From: Bacteroidales bacterium | GTDB lineage: Bacteria; Bacteroidota; Bacteroidia; Bacteroidales; Muribaculaceae | Assembly: GCA_019415705.1 (NCBI GenBank) | Contig: DXYS01000006.1 | Coordinates: forward strand, 30,618-94,617 | Reading direction: 5' to 3' | Length of the DNA stretch: 64,000 nt | In this document: positions 43,782 to 51,325 of the stretch, piece by piece | How positions within the stretch are numbered: the first letter of the stretch is position 1 | Layout: each line of letters starts with the position of its first letter | Translations under genes and position numbers: made by a program | The notes under the pieces: model-generated | Told to the model about the DNA's origin: nothing | Seen by the model: the letters and a program-made list of their open reading frames with translations, nothing else | Database searches by the model: none

Positions 43782-44603
43782 TCAATACGCATCGCGTACA
43801 TCTTTATAAGAGGCATATACTTCTGACATCTCGGGGTCATCACACTCGTCACACAGTTTGTCAAACATAGCGCGGCAAGCATGCGAACTGCGCGCGAAGA
43901 CAGAAGCTTTTACAAGTTGGCTTGTTTTACGGCCCGTGTGGAACGGCACGCAAACGCCATCGGTAATTGCCGACAATTCGACAAACCACGGATCACCGGT
44001 TATCGTAACCGTGTCGATTGCGATTTCCATCTCAGCGGCTTTAAGAGCCTCGGCACGCCAGTCTATCCGGTTATTGATCACATAGTCCTTGTAATTATAA
44101 CCCAATTCGTGAGGCACGGCATCGGCAATAAGCAGTATTGACCGCGTCGAGCCTTCGCGCCAAGGCGTTTCTTCAACAATCTTCTTGATTACAAGCTCAT
44201 AAAACTCCGGTCCGTCACCGCCTGAGGTGTCGTGTGAGTTGAGTACGAATTTTATAAGTTCATTCTCATTGTCAGTCGGCGCGATACACTGGTAGGCATC
44301 TCCGAACTCCTGAGCATTATTCATGTCACAGTAGTCGCCGAAAGCGACTATGCCGAGGCGTAAATCATCATTGTCTTTAAAAAGCTGAGGAATAAGTTCT
44401 GACACCTCTTTGCGCACCGTTCCGATATATCGCGCCATTGAGCCGGTGGTATCAAAAGCAATCACCATGTCGAGTTTGCCTATGTTTTTAGGGGCTTTAT
44501 AAGAGCAAAACTCACTGTCGTCGACAACCGGTGAATCAAATCCGTCAGGAATAACCGTTTTCTCAAGGTCTGCTTTTTCTTTCTTTTTTGTTAAAAATCC
44601 CAT
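43782..44603 (-). CDS. Cytoplasmic von Willebrand factor A (vWA/MIDAS) domain protein
   Basis: 273 aa with no signal peptide. The MIDAS-like motif is VIAFDTTGSM, followed by GIVAFGDY and TSGGDGPE. Confidence 0.8.
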   Translation of the reverse strand: MGFLTKKKEKADLEKTVIPDGFDSPVVDDSEFCSYKAPKNIGKLDMVIAFDTTGSMARYIGTVRKEVSELIPQLFKDNDDLRLGIVAFGDYCDMNNAQEFGDAYQCIAPTDNENELIKFVLNSHDTSGGDGPEFYELVIKKIVEETPWREGSTRSILLIADAVPHELGYNYKDYVINNRIDWRAEALKAAEMEIAIDTVTITGDPWFVELSAITDGVCVPFHTGRKTSQLVKASVFARSSHACRAMFDKLCDECDDPEMSEVYASYKDVRDAY

Positions 44604-44841
44604 TGTGGTTTTGAATTAGTGATATTAATCGAAAAACTATGTCTGTCAATGTGACAAGGACAACTCTATATACCAGAATCGACTTCGATGTAAACAATGG
44701 ACTTGTGTTTTTTTCGCAAAAATACGTCTCACTAATCCATTATATGCCAATAATTACTCCCCGATGTACCAACCTGTCTTAAAAATGTATGAATTATAAT
44801 AACGGCACGAGAAAACGAACTGAATATATAGCAATTAAAGA

Positions 44842-44892
44842 TTACCCGAGCATCTCGTTTGTGACAATTCATCAAACGGGGTGCTCGGGTAA
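44842..44892. terminator. Long hairpin downstream of the hydrolase remnant
   Basis: ttacccgagca (44842-44852) pairs with tgctcgggtaa (44882-44892), with an inner cgtttg/caaacg pair. Confidence 0.5.
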
Positions 44893-44953
44893 AATTTGTT
44901 TTCTTATATATTTGTTGTTTCGGTCTACTTTCAGGAGATGGCCTTACCATCTG

Positions 44954-45715
44954 TCAAATGCCGAAAAGGAACGCAAGCGGCTCGGAAACCTGCATCTTGT
45001 CAGCTGCATCGCCGGCATAGATTTCGCCTCCGGTCAGCGTGAGTTTTCTGACCTTTTCGCCGGCATTAAAATCAAGCTTTTTTAAATCTATCCAGAAAAT
45101 ATCAGGACTCAATGTCGACTCAAAATAATATACCCGATGTTTCTGATCTGCCACAGTACGCCATCGTGTAGAGGCTATGTTGGGCTGTGACGGGATTGAA
45201 ATACCGAGCGGCACTGATACATTACGCATCACACTGAACACTCCGGCCACAGCCTGACGATAATCAGATGTCTTAGGGAGCGCTTTAATGTAAAATGATG
45301 CTCTCACGAAGCGGTCTGACGCACGGTTTGTACCCGGCAGCATGACAAGACCACCTATCTGGTCCCAATAATCATCTAACGTCTGCTGCTTGTCGTAGGA
45401 TGGAGAATTTGTCATCACCTGACAGTCTCGGCCATGATGAATCACGAGACTGCCGTTTATATACTCAAATATCGCACTGTTGCCAGTCGGATCGGAAATT
45501 GAAAGATGAAGGGTCGATTTAGCACCGTTCGGCAAATCGGGGTCATCGATACGGAATAATTCCTTACCGAGTTCCTCCACGGCTTCATCTACAGTGGCAA
45601 AATTGTCAAGCACATATTGGGTCCAGATGCTCAGACCCATTACAGGACGTTTATCATCAGGTCTGTGATAATCTGATTCGGCCAGAAAAAGCAGATTGGC
45701 AACGAGACCTTGTTT
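44954..45715 (-). pseudogene. 5'-truncated choloylglycine hydrolase / linear amide C-N hydrolase (Ntn) family gene remnant
   Basis: Homology starts at ..KQGLVANLLFLAESDY and runs to the C-terminus (TLHLSISDPTGNSAIFEYI, VMTNSPSYDKQ, DRFVRASFYI, TRWRTVAD). About 100 N-terminal residues, including the catalytic Cys, are absent. The apparent N-terminus MFCLYFF lies inside the ssrA terminator. Confidence 0.7.
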
Positions 45716-45732
45716 ATCGGAATCCGCGGACG

Positions 45733-45775
45733 CAAAAAAATAAAGGCAAAACATTCGAAAAAATGTTCTGCCTTT
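45733..45775 (-). terminator. Rho-independent terminator of ssrA
   Basis: On the minus strand: AAAGGCAGAACATT, loop TTTTCG, AATGTTTTGCCTTT, then ATTTTTTTG. Confidence 0.7.
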
Positions 45776-45836
45776 ATGCTCTTGTGCGTTTATTTGTGCA
45801 CAATTTACACAAATGCTTGATTCTCAAGCGCAATTG

Positions 45837-46234
45837 TGGAGTTGGGGGGACTTGAACCCCCGTCCAAACGCGGAACTAATGAGCTTTCTACGTGCGTAGT
45901 CGCTACTTGGTTTTCGTGCTCCGGCAGGCGAACGACGACCAACCGGGGCCTTATCCTCTAAAATTTCGGAGTCTTCGCGAGGCTCTCTGACTCCTATTCC
46001 CGATTTACCAGCACCGCCGTATCGATCCGTCTCGGAAAAAGGACAATCGGGCGATGTCTTGTCTCTGCAACTGTTGCGGAGATTAAGCTTAATTTACTGT
46101 ACTTCGATTAAGCAGCAAGAGCGTAGTTATTTTCGCCAATTAAAATTGCTGATGTCTCTGATTAAAGAGCGTAGCCATCATTGCTCTGCACGCTTACACA
46201 CCACCTCTACACGCTGTCAAAACCGGTCAACCCC
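45837..46234 (-). ncRNA. ssrA: tmRNA (transfer-messenger RNA)
   Basis: Minus-strand 5' end is GGGGTTGACCGGTTTTGACAG. The 3' end is GGACGGGGGTTCAAGTCCCCCCAACTCCA, and the acceptor stem has a G3:U pair. The tag ORF GGC GAA AAT AAC TAC GCT CTT GCT GCT TAA (46137-46108) encodes GENNYALAA. Confidence 0.95.
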
Positions 46235-46271
46235 GGAGACAACGGCTCGCGTAGCTGCAAACCGTAGGTTA

Positions 46272-46279
46272 CAAAGTTA
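46272..46279 (-). promoter_or_regulatory. -7 box TAACTTTG (minus strand) for ssrA
   Basis: The reverse complement of caaagtta, about 37 nt upstream of the mature 5' end. Confidence 0.45.
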
Positions 46280-46426
46280 CTATAATAACAACGAAGCATA
46301 CTAATTGCCCTATAATTTTTATATCTATTTAACACATTTAAGCATAATTGCTCGTGCTCTTTCACAAAAATGCCCAATTAAGACTCACTGACATACATCA
46401 ACATCTTATCCAAAGTGAATATTTTG

Positions 46427-46434
46427 TAAATTTG
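46427..46434 (+). promoter_or_regulatory. -7 box TAAATTTG for nhaC
   Basis: Exact TAnnTTTG match about 90 nt upstream of the GTG start. Confidence 0.45.
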
Positions 46435-46523
46435 CAGTCTCTTATTGAGTCACAGACTTAAGGCTCATCCGAAATTACACATACGCCAAGTTTCCATAAT
46501 TAACAAGATTTCTTCAATCTATT

Positions 46524-48032
46524 GTGAATATACCCAAGCTTAAAGCATCATCAGACGGTCATCCGTCAGTCTGGCTGTCAGCCATCCCGGTCGTGTTCCT
46601 ACTCGCTGTGCTCATTATGATAATGGTTTTAATGGGGAATGACGCCATCTCTGATTACAGCCACATCAGCCTGTTGATTTCGGCTATGCTCGCTGTCTCT
46701 TTAGCATTGGTCAGCGGGTGTCTGCAGTCGGCAAAACTAATCAGCGGATTCAGGCGCAGCGCCAAGCAGATTCTGCCGGCAGTGCCTCTGTTGCTGCTGA
46801 TTGCTCTTATCTCGACCACGTGGATGCTGTCGGGCGTTGTGCCAACGCTTATTGACTACGGCCTGCAGTTGCTCAATCCCCGCTTTTTCCTCGTCACAAC
46901 CTGTGCGGTCTGCGCCTTGGTGTCTGTTCTCACCGGCAGCTCATGGACGACCATCGCCACCATCGGCGTGGCGTTCATCGGCATCGGCTCACTGATGGGA
47001 TATAACGAGGCATGGATTGCAGGCGCCATCATCTCGGGCGCATATTTCGGCGACAAGGTGTCACCTCTGAGCGACACGACCGTCATCGCCTCATCGTCGT
47101 GCGGAGTCGACCTGTTCGACCATATCCGCTATCTGATGCTGACAGCCGTGCCGGCCATGGCCATCGCTCTGCTCAGCTTCCTTTTAATGGGCTTTTACCT
47201 TGACCCGGAGAGCAGCGCAAACTCGACAGGCGAAATTATTTCAGCTCTGCGCGCCAATTTCGACATCTCGCTGCTGACACTGATTATTCCGCTTGTAACC
47301 GGTATTTTAATCGCACTAAAGGTCAAGACACTCTACACACTGCTGGTCGGCTCGGCCATGGGTATCGCGGGCATATTCATCTTCCAGCCGTCGATTGCAG
47401 CCGAACTCACAGGCGGCCCTTCGGCCGGCATCGGCGAGCGCATCGCCTCTACCCTGTCGATACTATGGTCTGAGACAAACCTCCATACCGGCAACGAGAC
47501 CCTCGACGCTTTTGTATCGACAGGCGGCATCACCGGGATGCTGCCGACCGTGATGCTCGTCATCTGCGCCATGCTTTTCGGCGGAGCCATGATAGGCACC
47601 GGCATGCTGCGTGTGATAGCCCGTGCTGTCACAGCCCGCTTAAGACGCCGCACATCGATTGTCGCATCGACCGTCACGGGCGGCTTGTTTCTCAACTCGT
47701 GCACCGCTGACCAGTATCTGTCACTCATAATCGGCGGCAACATGTTCGGCGATGTCTATGCGCGCAACAATCTCGAGCCGCGACTGCTCAGCCGCACGCT
47801 CGAGGACTCAGTCTCGGTGACGTCCGTGCTGATACCGTGGAACTCGTGCGGCGTCACCCAAGCCACAGTGCTCGGTGTCGCAACTCTCTCCTACCTGCCG
47901 TTCTGCATCTTCAACGTTCTTTCGCCGCTAATGTCGTTGTTTATGGCGTGGATAGGATTTAAAATAAAAGATGTTTCTTTATCCACTCAAGATGCCCCCG
48001 CTCAGTCCGGTCTGAAGTCCAGTGCTCGTTGA
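46524..48032 (+). CDS. nhaC: Na+/H+ antiporter NhaC family protein
   Basis: 502 aa, multi-TM with NhaC-like organisation. The start is GTG and no suitable ATG is available. The 3' end overlaps the convergent esterase gene by 74 nt. Confidence 0.8.
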   Translation: MNIPKLKASSDGHPSVWLSAIPVVFLLAVLIMIMVLMGNDAISDYSHISLLISAMLAVSLALVSGCLQSAKLISGFRRSAKQILPAVPLLLLIALISTTWMLSGVVPTLIDYGLQLLNPRFFLVTTCAVCALVSVLTGSSWTTIATIGVAFIGIGSLMGYNEAWIAGAIISGAYFGDKVSPLSDTTVIASSSCGVDLFDHIRYLMLTAVPAMAIALLSFLLMGFYLDPESSANSTGEIISALRANFDISLLTLIIPLVTGILIALKVKTLYTLLVGSAMGIAGIFIFQPSIAAELTGGPSAGIGERIASTLSILWSETNLHTGNETLDAFVSTGGITGMLPTVMLVICAMLFGGAMIGTGMLRVIARAVTARLRRRTSIVASTVTGGLFLNSCTADQYLSLIIGGNMFGDVYARNNLEPRLLSRTLEDSVSVTSVLIPWNSCGVTQATVLGVATLSYLPFCIFNVLSPLMSLFMAWIGFKIKDVSLSTQDAPAQSGLKSSAR

Positions 48033-49263
48033 CGGGCGTGATAAGCGCCTCACGCGGAGCGGTGATAGAGTTATAGACCGCATAGCTCGTCGTAGGCGTA
48101 CAAGTATTATCGTTAAAACCCCACGTCATATAGACCGGCACTTTCAGACTACGTGCAAAATTGACCACATCATAATATTTTAAAGTCTCTAAAACACGTT
48201 CGTCGACCGGCTCACCGCGGCTGAAGAAATGAGGATAGCCGCCCGTACCGCCGGCCGCGTAACCGCACATGTCGCTAAGAGCCGGATGATTGGCCACACA
48301 CGCCGTCACACGGTCGTCAAGCGCTGCGGCGACAATGGCGAGCGCTCCGCCCTGACTGCCTCCCTGCGTGATTACGTTGCGGCCGTCCCACTCTGGCAGC
48401 GTCGTGAGGAAATCAATGGCACGTATGAGTCCCAAGTAGACTCCTTTCATATAATAATTGTCGCGGTTTTCGAGGCCAAAGCTAAGATACTGCCCGAAAG
48501 CAGCCGACACCTCGTTGAATAGTTTCTCGTCCATGGTCGGATTGAGACCGTGGATCTCCATGTCGAAACGTATGCAACCGTTCTCGGCATAGAATCTGTG
48601 TGCCAACGGGTTGCGTATCGGCTTGACGCCGGCCCCGGGAGGCGACATGACTATGGGGCACGAGCCGGGCTCGGCATCGCGGGGCACATACATATAACCG
48701 TACATCGACCGTCCTCGGCGACCGGTCTCCAATTTGACAAGATATGCGCGCACTTTGTCGGTCGAGTACTCAGGCACGTCGCTAATGGTATATCGCAAAG
48801 GCAGCTTCTTAAACTCGGCGAGATTTGCCGACCAGAACTCATCAAAATCGCCGGGCATCTCCACGTAGGGTTTTATACTATCAGGGTCAAAACCGAGCTT
48901 AATGTGATGCGACGTTGTCTGCCCGTCGACATTTGCCTTAAGCCGCAAGTCACGGAATCCCGGCCGACCCGGCGCAGGCATGATTACACAGCCACGGCCG
49001 AGGCTGTCAAGCATGATGCTGCCGTTCTGAAACCCGTCGCGATGGTCATCACCGATTTCATAATTGACACGACCGCCGGCTACGGGCACACCGTAGCGAT
49101 AGAGTGATATCTCGACGGTCGGATTCTCGTTGCGGCCATAAATCCAGTCGGCATGGTCAGGGACAGTAACCCACAACATATCGTCACGATAGGGATAATT
49201 CTCGGCCTTCACGGTAAAAGCCGCTGTCAATAAGGCAACAATAGTGACAATCAGGTTTTTCAT
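47959..49263 (-). CDS. Acetylxylan esterase / cephalosporin-C deacetylase-like (AXE1, CE7-like) with N-terminal Ig-like domain
   Basis: 434 aa with a signal peptide. The nucleophile elbow is GGSQGGALA. The DFDEFW and GYMYVP segments are typical of the AXE1 family. Confidence 0.85.
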   Translation of the reverse strand: MKNLIVTIVALLTAAFTVKAENYPYRDDMLWVTVPDHADWIYGRNENPTVEISLYRYGVPVAGGRVNYEIGDDHRDGFQNGSIMLDSLGRGCVIMPAPGRPGFRDLRLKANVDGQTTSHHIKLGFDPDSIKPYVEMPGDFDEFWSANLAEFKKLPLRYTISDVPEYSTDKVRAYLVKLETGRRGRSMYGYMYVPRDAEPGSCPIVMSPPGAGVKPIRNPLAHRFYAENGCIRFDMEIHGLNPTMDEKLFNEVSAAFGQYLSFGLENRDNYYMKGVYLGLIRAIDFLTTLPEWDGRNVITQGGSQGGALAIVAAALDDRVTACVANHPALSDMCGYAAGGTGGYPHFFSRGEPVDERVLETLKYYDVVNFARSLKVPVYMTWGFNDNTCTPTTSYAVYNSITAPREALITPVNEHWTSDRTERGHLEWIKKHLLF

Positions 49264-49322
49264 GGTTTTGTAGTTTAGTGAGCCGAGCCGGCGGCAGAGG
49301 CTTTACAAAAGGATAAAAATAA

Positions 49323-49363
49323 AGACCGCATCGTCAAGTTTGCGACTTAAACTGAGGCGGTCT
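49323..49363 (-). terminator. Hairpin plus T tract downstream of tRNA-Arg
   Basis: On the minus strand AGACCGC pairs with GCGGTCT, followed by TTTATTTTTATCC. The loop is large (27 nt). Confidence 0.5.
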
Positions 49364-49367
49364 GTGA

Positions 49368-49444
49368 TGGTGACTCATACAGGATTCAAACCTGTAACCT
49401 TCTGATCCGTAGTCAGATGCTCTATTCAGTTGAGCTAATGAGCC
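49368..49444 (-). tRNA. tRNA-Arg (anticodon ACG), CCA encoded
   Basis: The reverse complement folds as a cloverleaf: acceptor GGCTCAT/ATGAGTC, anticodon arm TCTGA-CTACGGA-TCAGA, T arm ACAGG-TTTGAAT-CCTGT, then ACCA. Confidence 0.95.
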
Positions 49445-49469
49445 AATTGCTATCTTGCGATTGCGAGTG

Positions 49470-49477
49470 CAAAGTTA
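49470..49477 (-). promoter_or_regulatory. -7 box TAACTTTG (minus strand) for tRNA-Arg
   Basis: The reverse complement of caaagtta, about 25 nt upstream of the tRNA 5' end. Confidence 0.45.
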
Positions 49478-49543
49478 ATGCAATTCGTCGAATTGTCAAA
49501 CATTTTCGCCCGATTTTTTGAAATAATTTCGTCGGGAACAACA

Positions 49544-49578
49544 ACGGCCGCGGAGTAGATAGTGCTCACCGCGGCCGT
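49544..49578 (-). terminator. Terminator of the PepSY-like gene
   Basis: 10-bp perfect GC-rich stem: acggccgcgg (49544-49553) pairs with ccgcggccgt (49569-49578). Confidence 0.7.
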
Positions 49579-49599
49579 AATTACATGTATAACAATTAT

Positions 49600-50043
49600 T
49601 TAATCATCATATTTGATAAACTTGCCGTTCAAGTCAAACTTGAGGTCAATACCGTTGGCCAACTCCACCTCAAAGCCGTTACGCTCTTTCTCGATGCCGA
49701 CCACATTTTGTCCCGAATGATTTTTCTTAACAAAATTTCTGATGCCTTCGAGCACAAATGCGCGCGGGACTGCGGTTTTTGCATTAGTCTCGACCTGATG
49801 CCAGTTGCCTTTGCTGTCAAACGAGATTTCTGAGCCGTCAGTGAGAATGACCTCATACTCGCTGATTCGCCCGAAATCCTTGTCAATCTTTATCAAAGAG
49901 ACTTTGGCTTTGAAATTATTGGAGATTGTCGTACGTGCAGCCTCAGGCAAAACCGATGCATCACGGCTATAATCATCACGTGCTATGGCGACAGTCGCGA
50001 GTCCGAAAACAAGCAAAACGCTCAGTAATATTTTCTTAATCAT
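49600..50043 (-). CDS. Secreted PepSY-like (DUF2874-type) small protein
   Basis: 147 aa with a signal peptide. YEVILTDGSEISFDSKGNW and FEVELANGIDLKFDLNGKF are present. It is paralogous to 43173-43688. Confidence 0.65.
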   Translation of the reverse strand: MIKKILLSVLLVFGLATVAIARDDYSRDASVLPEAARTTISNNFKAKVSLIKIDKDFGRISEYEVILTDGSEISFDSKGNWHQVETNAKTAVPRAFVLEGIRNFVKKNHSGQNVVGIEKERNGFEVELANGIDLKFDLNGKFIKYDD

Positions 50044-50087
50044 ACTTTTTAGTTTTAAGTTATTATTAATGTAACAAATTTCGCTAT

Positions 50088-51134
50088 CTATAGTTTCACA
50101 GGTGCTTCAAAAACAGCTTTCCAAAGCCTCAGACGAGCATCTTCCGACGACGCCGGAGGCTCTTCGCCCGGACGCATGGTCGAGAAGATACACCTGTCAT
50201 CCACCGGACCTTCGACACATCCTCCGAAGGCATAGGCCGGCACATCCAATTGAGCCGCGCGCTCAAAAACCGCCGCCACAACCTTACCCCCGCTCGTTTG
50301 CGCGTCGATACGGCCCTCGCCGGTAATAAAGCACTCTATCTCGGCAGAATCAACCGGCAACCGGCTGAGTATCATACGCGCACCGTCGTGTGCCTCACAT
50401 CCCAAGATATTGGTTAAGGCGAAACCCGTTCCTCCACCCGAGCCGTCGTAAAGCCCGTCTCCACATCCCACAGCACGTTTAAAGCACCTTGCGCCCTCAC
50501 GCAGCACCGGCATATGTTCGTCATCCACCCCTTTCTGACGGGCAAACGACAGCATCGACAGTTCCTCGCCGTCAGGCAACAGCGACGCACGGACATCACA
50601 GAGCATCACGACCCGACGGCGCAGCATATCGATATCGACGCCGCTAAAATCGACAGACACAATGTCGGCGAAATCATAAACCGAGGGCACATCCGGGCAG
50701 ACTCCGCAGGCATTGACAAAACGTGCTCCGAGCGCATAAAGCAAGCCGGCGCCGCAGTCGACCGTCGCAGTGCCGCCGATGCCGACATAAATGCGGCTGT
50801 CAGAGCGGTCTTCGTTCAGAATATCAGCTATCGCGCGCCCGAGCGCCGCAGACGAGCGCCGCAATGGGTCAGAATCGTTCGCAAAGCTGCCGTGACCGAT
50901 AACGTCAGCCGAAGTCACCACATAATCACCCGTCGTCAAACGTCTTATTCCTGTCGAGATTTCAGCTACATCGTCGCCCGCCAGAGCCTCACCCGTTCCC
51001 TCACCACCGTCAGCCATAGGATACAGAAATATCGGTGACTTCACACCGCGCCGGCGCAAAGCATCGGCTATCGTCACAGCCGCCTGACGCGCCGTGAGCG
51101 TACCTCTGAATTTATCCGGAGCAATTACTATCAT
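50088..51134 (-). CDS. Glycerate kinase
   Basis: 348 aa. The N-terminus MIVIAPDKFRGTLTARQAA, plus PMADGGEGT and ITGEGRIDAQTSGGK, are typical of the glycerate kinase family. Confidence 0.85.
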   Translation of the reverse strand: MIVIAPDKFRGTLTARQAAVTIADALRRRGVKSPIFLYPMADGGEGTGEALAGDDVAEISTGIRRLTTGDYVVTSADVIGHGSFANDSDPLRRSSAALGRAIADILNEDRSDSRIYVGIGGTATVDCGAGLLYALGARFVNACGVCPDVPSVYDFADIVSVDFSGVDIDMLRRRVVMLCDVRASLLPDGEELSMLSFARQKGVDDEHMPVLREGARCFKRAVGCGDGLYDGSGGGTGFALTNILGCEAHDGARMILSRLPVDSAEIECFITGEGRIDAQTSGGKVVAAVFERAAQLDVPAYAFGGCVEGPVDDRCIFSTMRPGEEPPASSEDARLRLWKAVFEAPVKL

Positions 51135-51325
51135 CTTTAATCATGCGGACATTAAGGCCGGTGCTTTCTGCAAATTTGGTCATAATTTTTGGCAATGTCA
51201 TCCGACGCACTCCTATTTTTTTCAGTTTTAACTAAAAAACAAGGGAAACTGTCAGTCTTATTTGTTAACTTCGCATACATATAAACAGGGTGTCCGCGCC
51301 GGGCATCCGTCCTTAATTTTCTGAC

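Noticed and set aside
44604-44953. Small ORFs 44732-44950 (-) and 44789-45085 (+), and a possible Y-RNA-like ncRNA, in the AT-rich gap upstream of the vWA gene.
   Set aside because: The ORFs overlap each other and have no motifs. I found no tRNA-like T-arm (GGTTCGAAT-type) or other recognisable RNA signature. The region more likely holds just a promoter and terminator.
36322-45836. Calling the accessory block a genomic island or mobile element integrated at ssrA.
   Set aside because: I recognised no integrase, transposase, conjugation genes or direct repeat of the ssrA 3' end. Composition is only mildly different by eye. I kept it as a hypothesis in the findings rather than a mobile_element feature.
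46235-46523. Possible riboswitch or leader elements upstream of nhaC, and similarly upstream of the CDF transporter and rplU.
   Set aside because: I could see only short hairpins and no conserved riboswitch core sequence. This would need a covariance-model scan.
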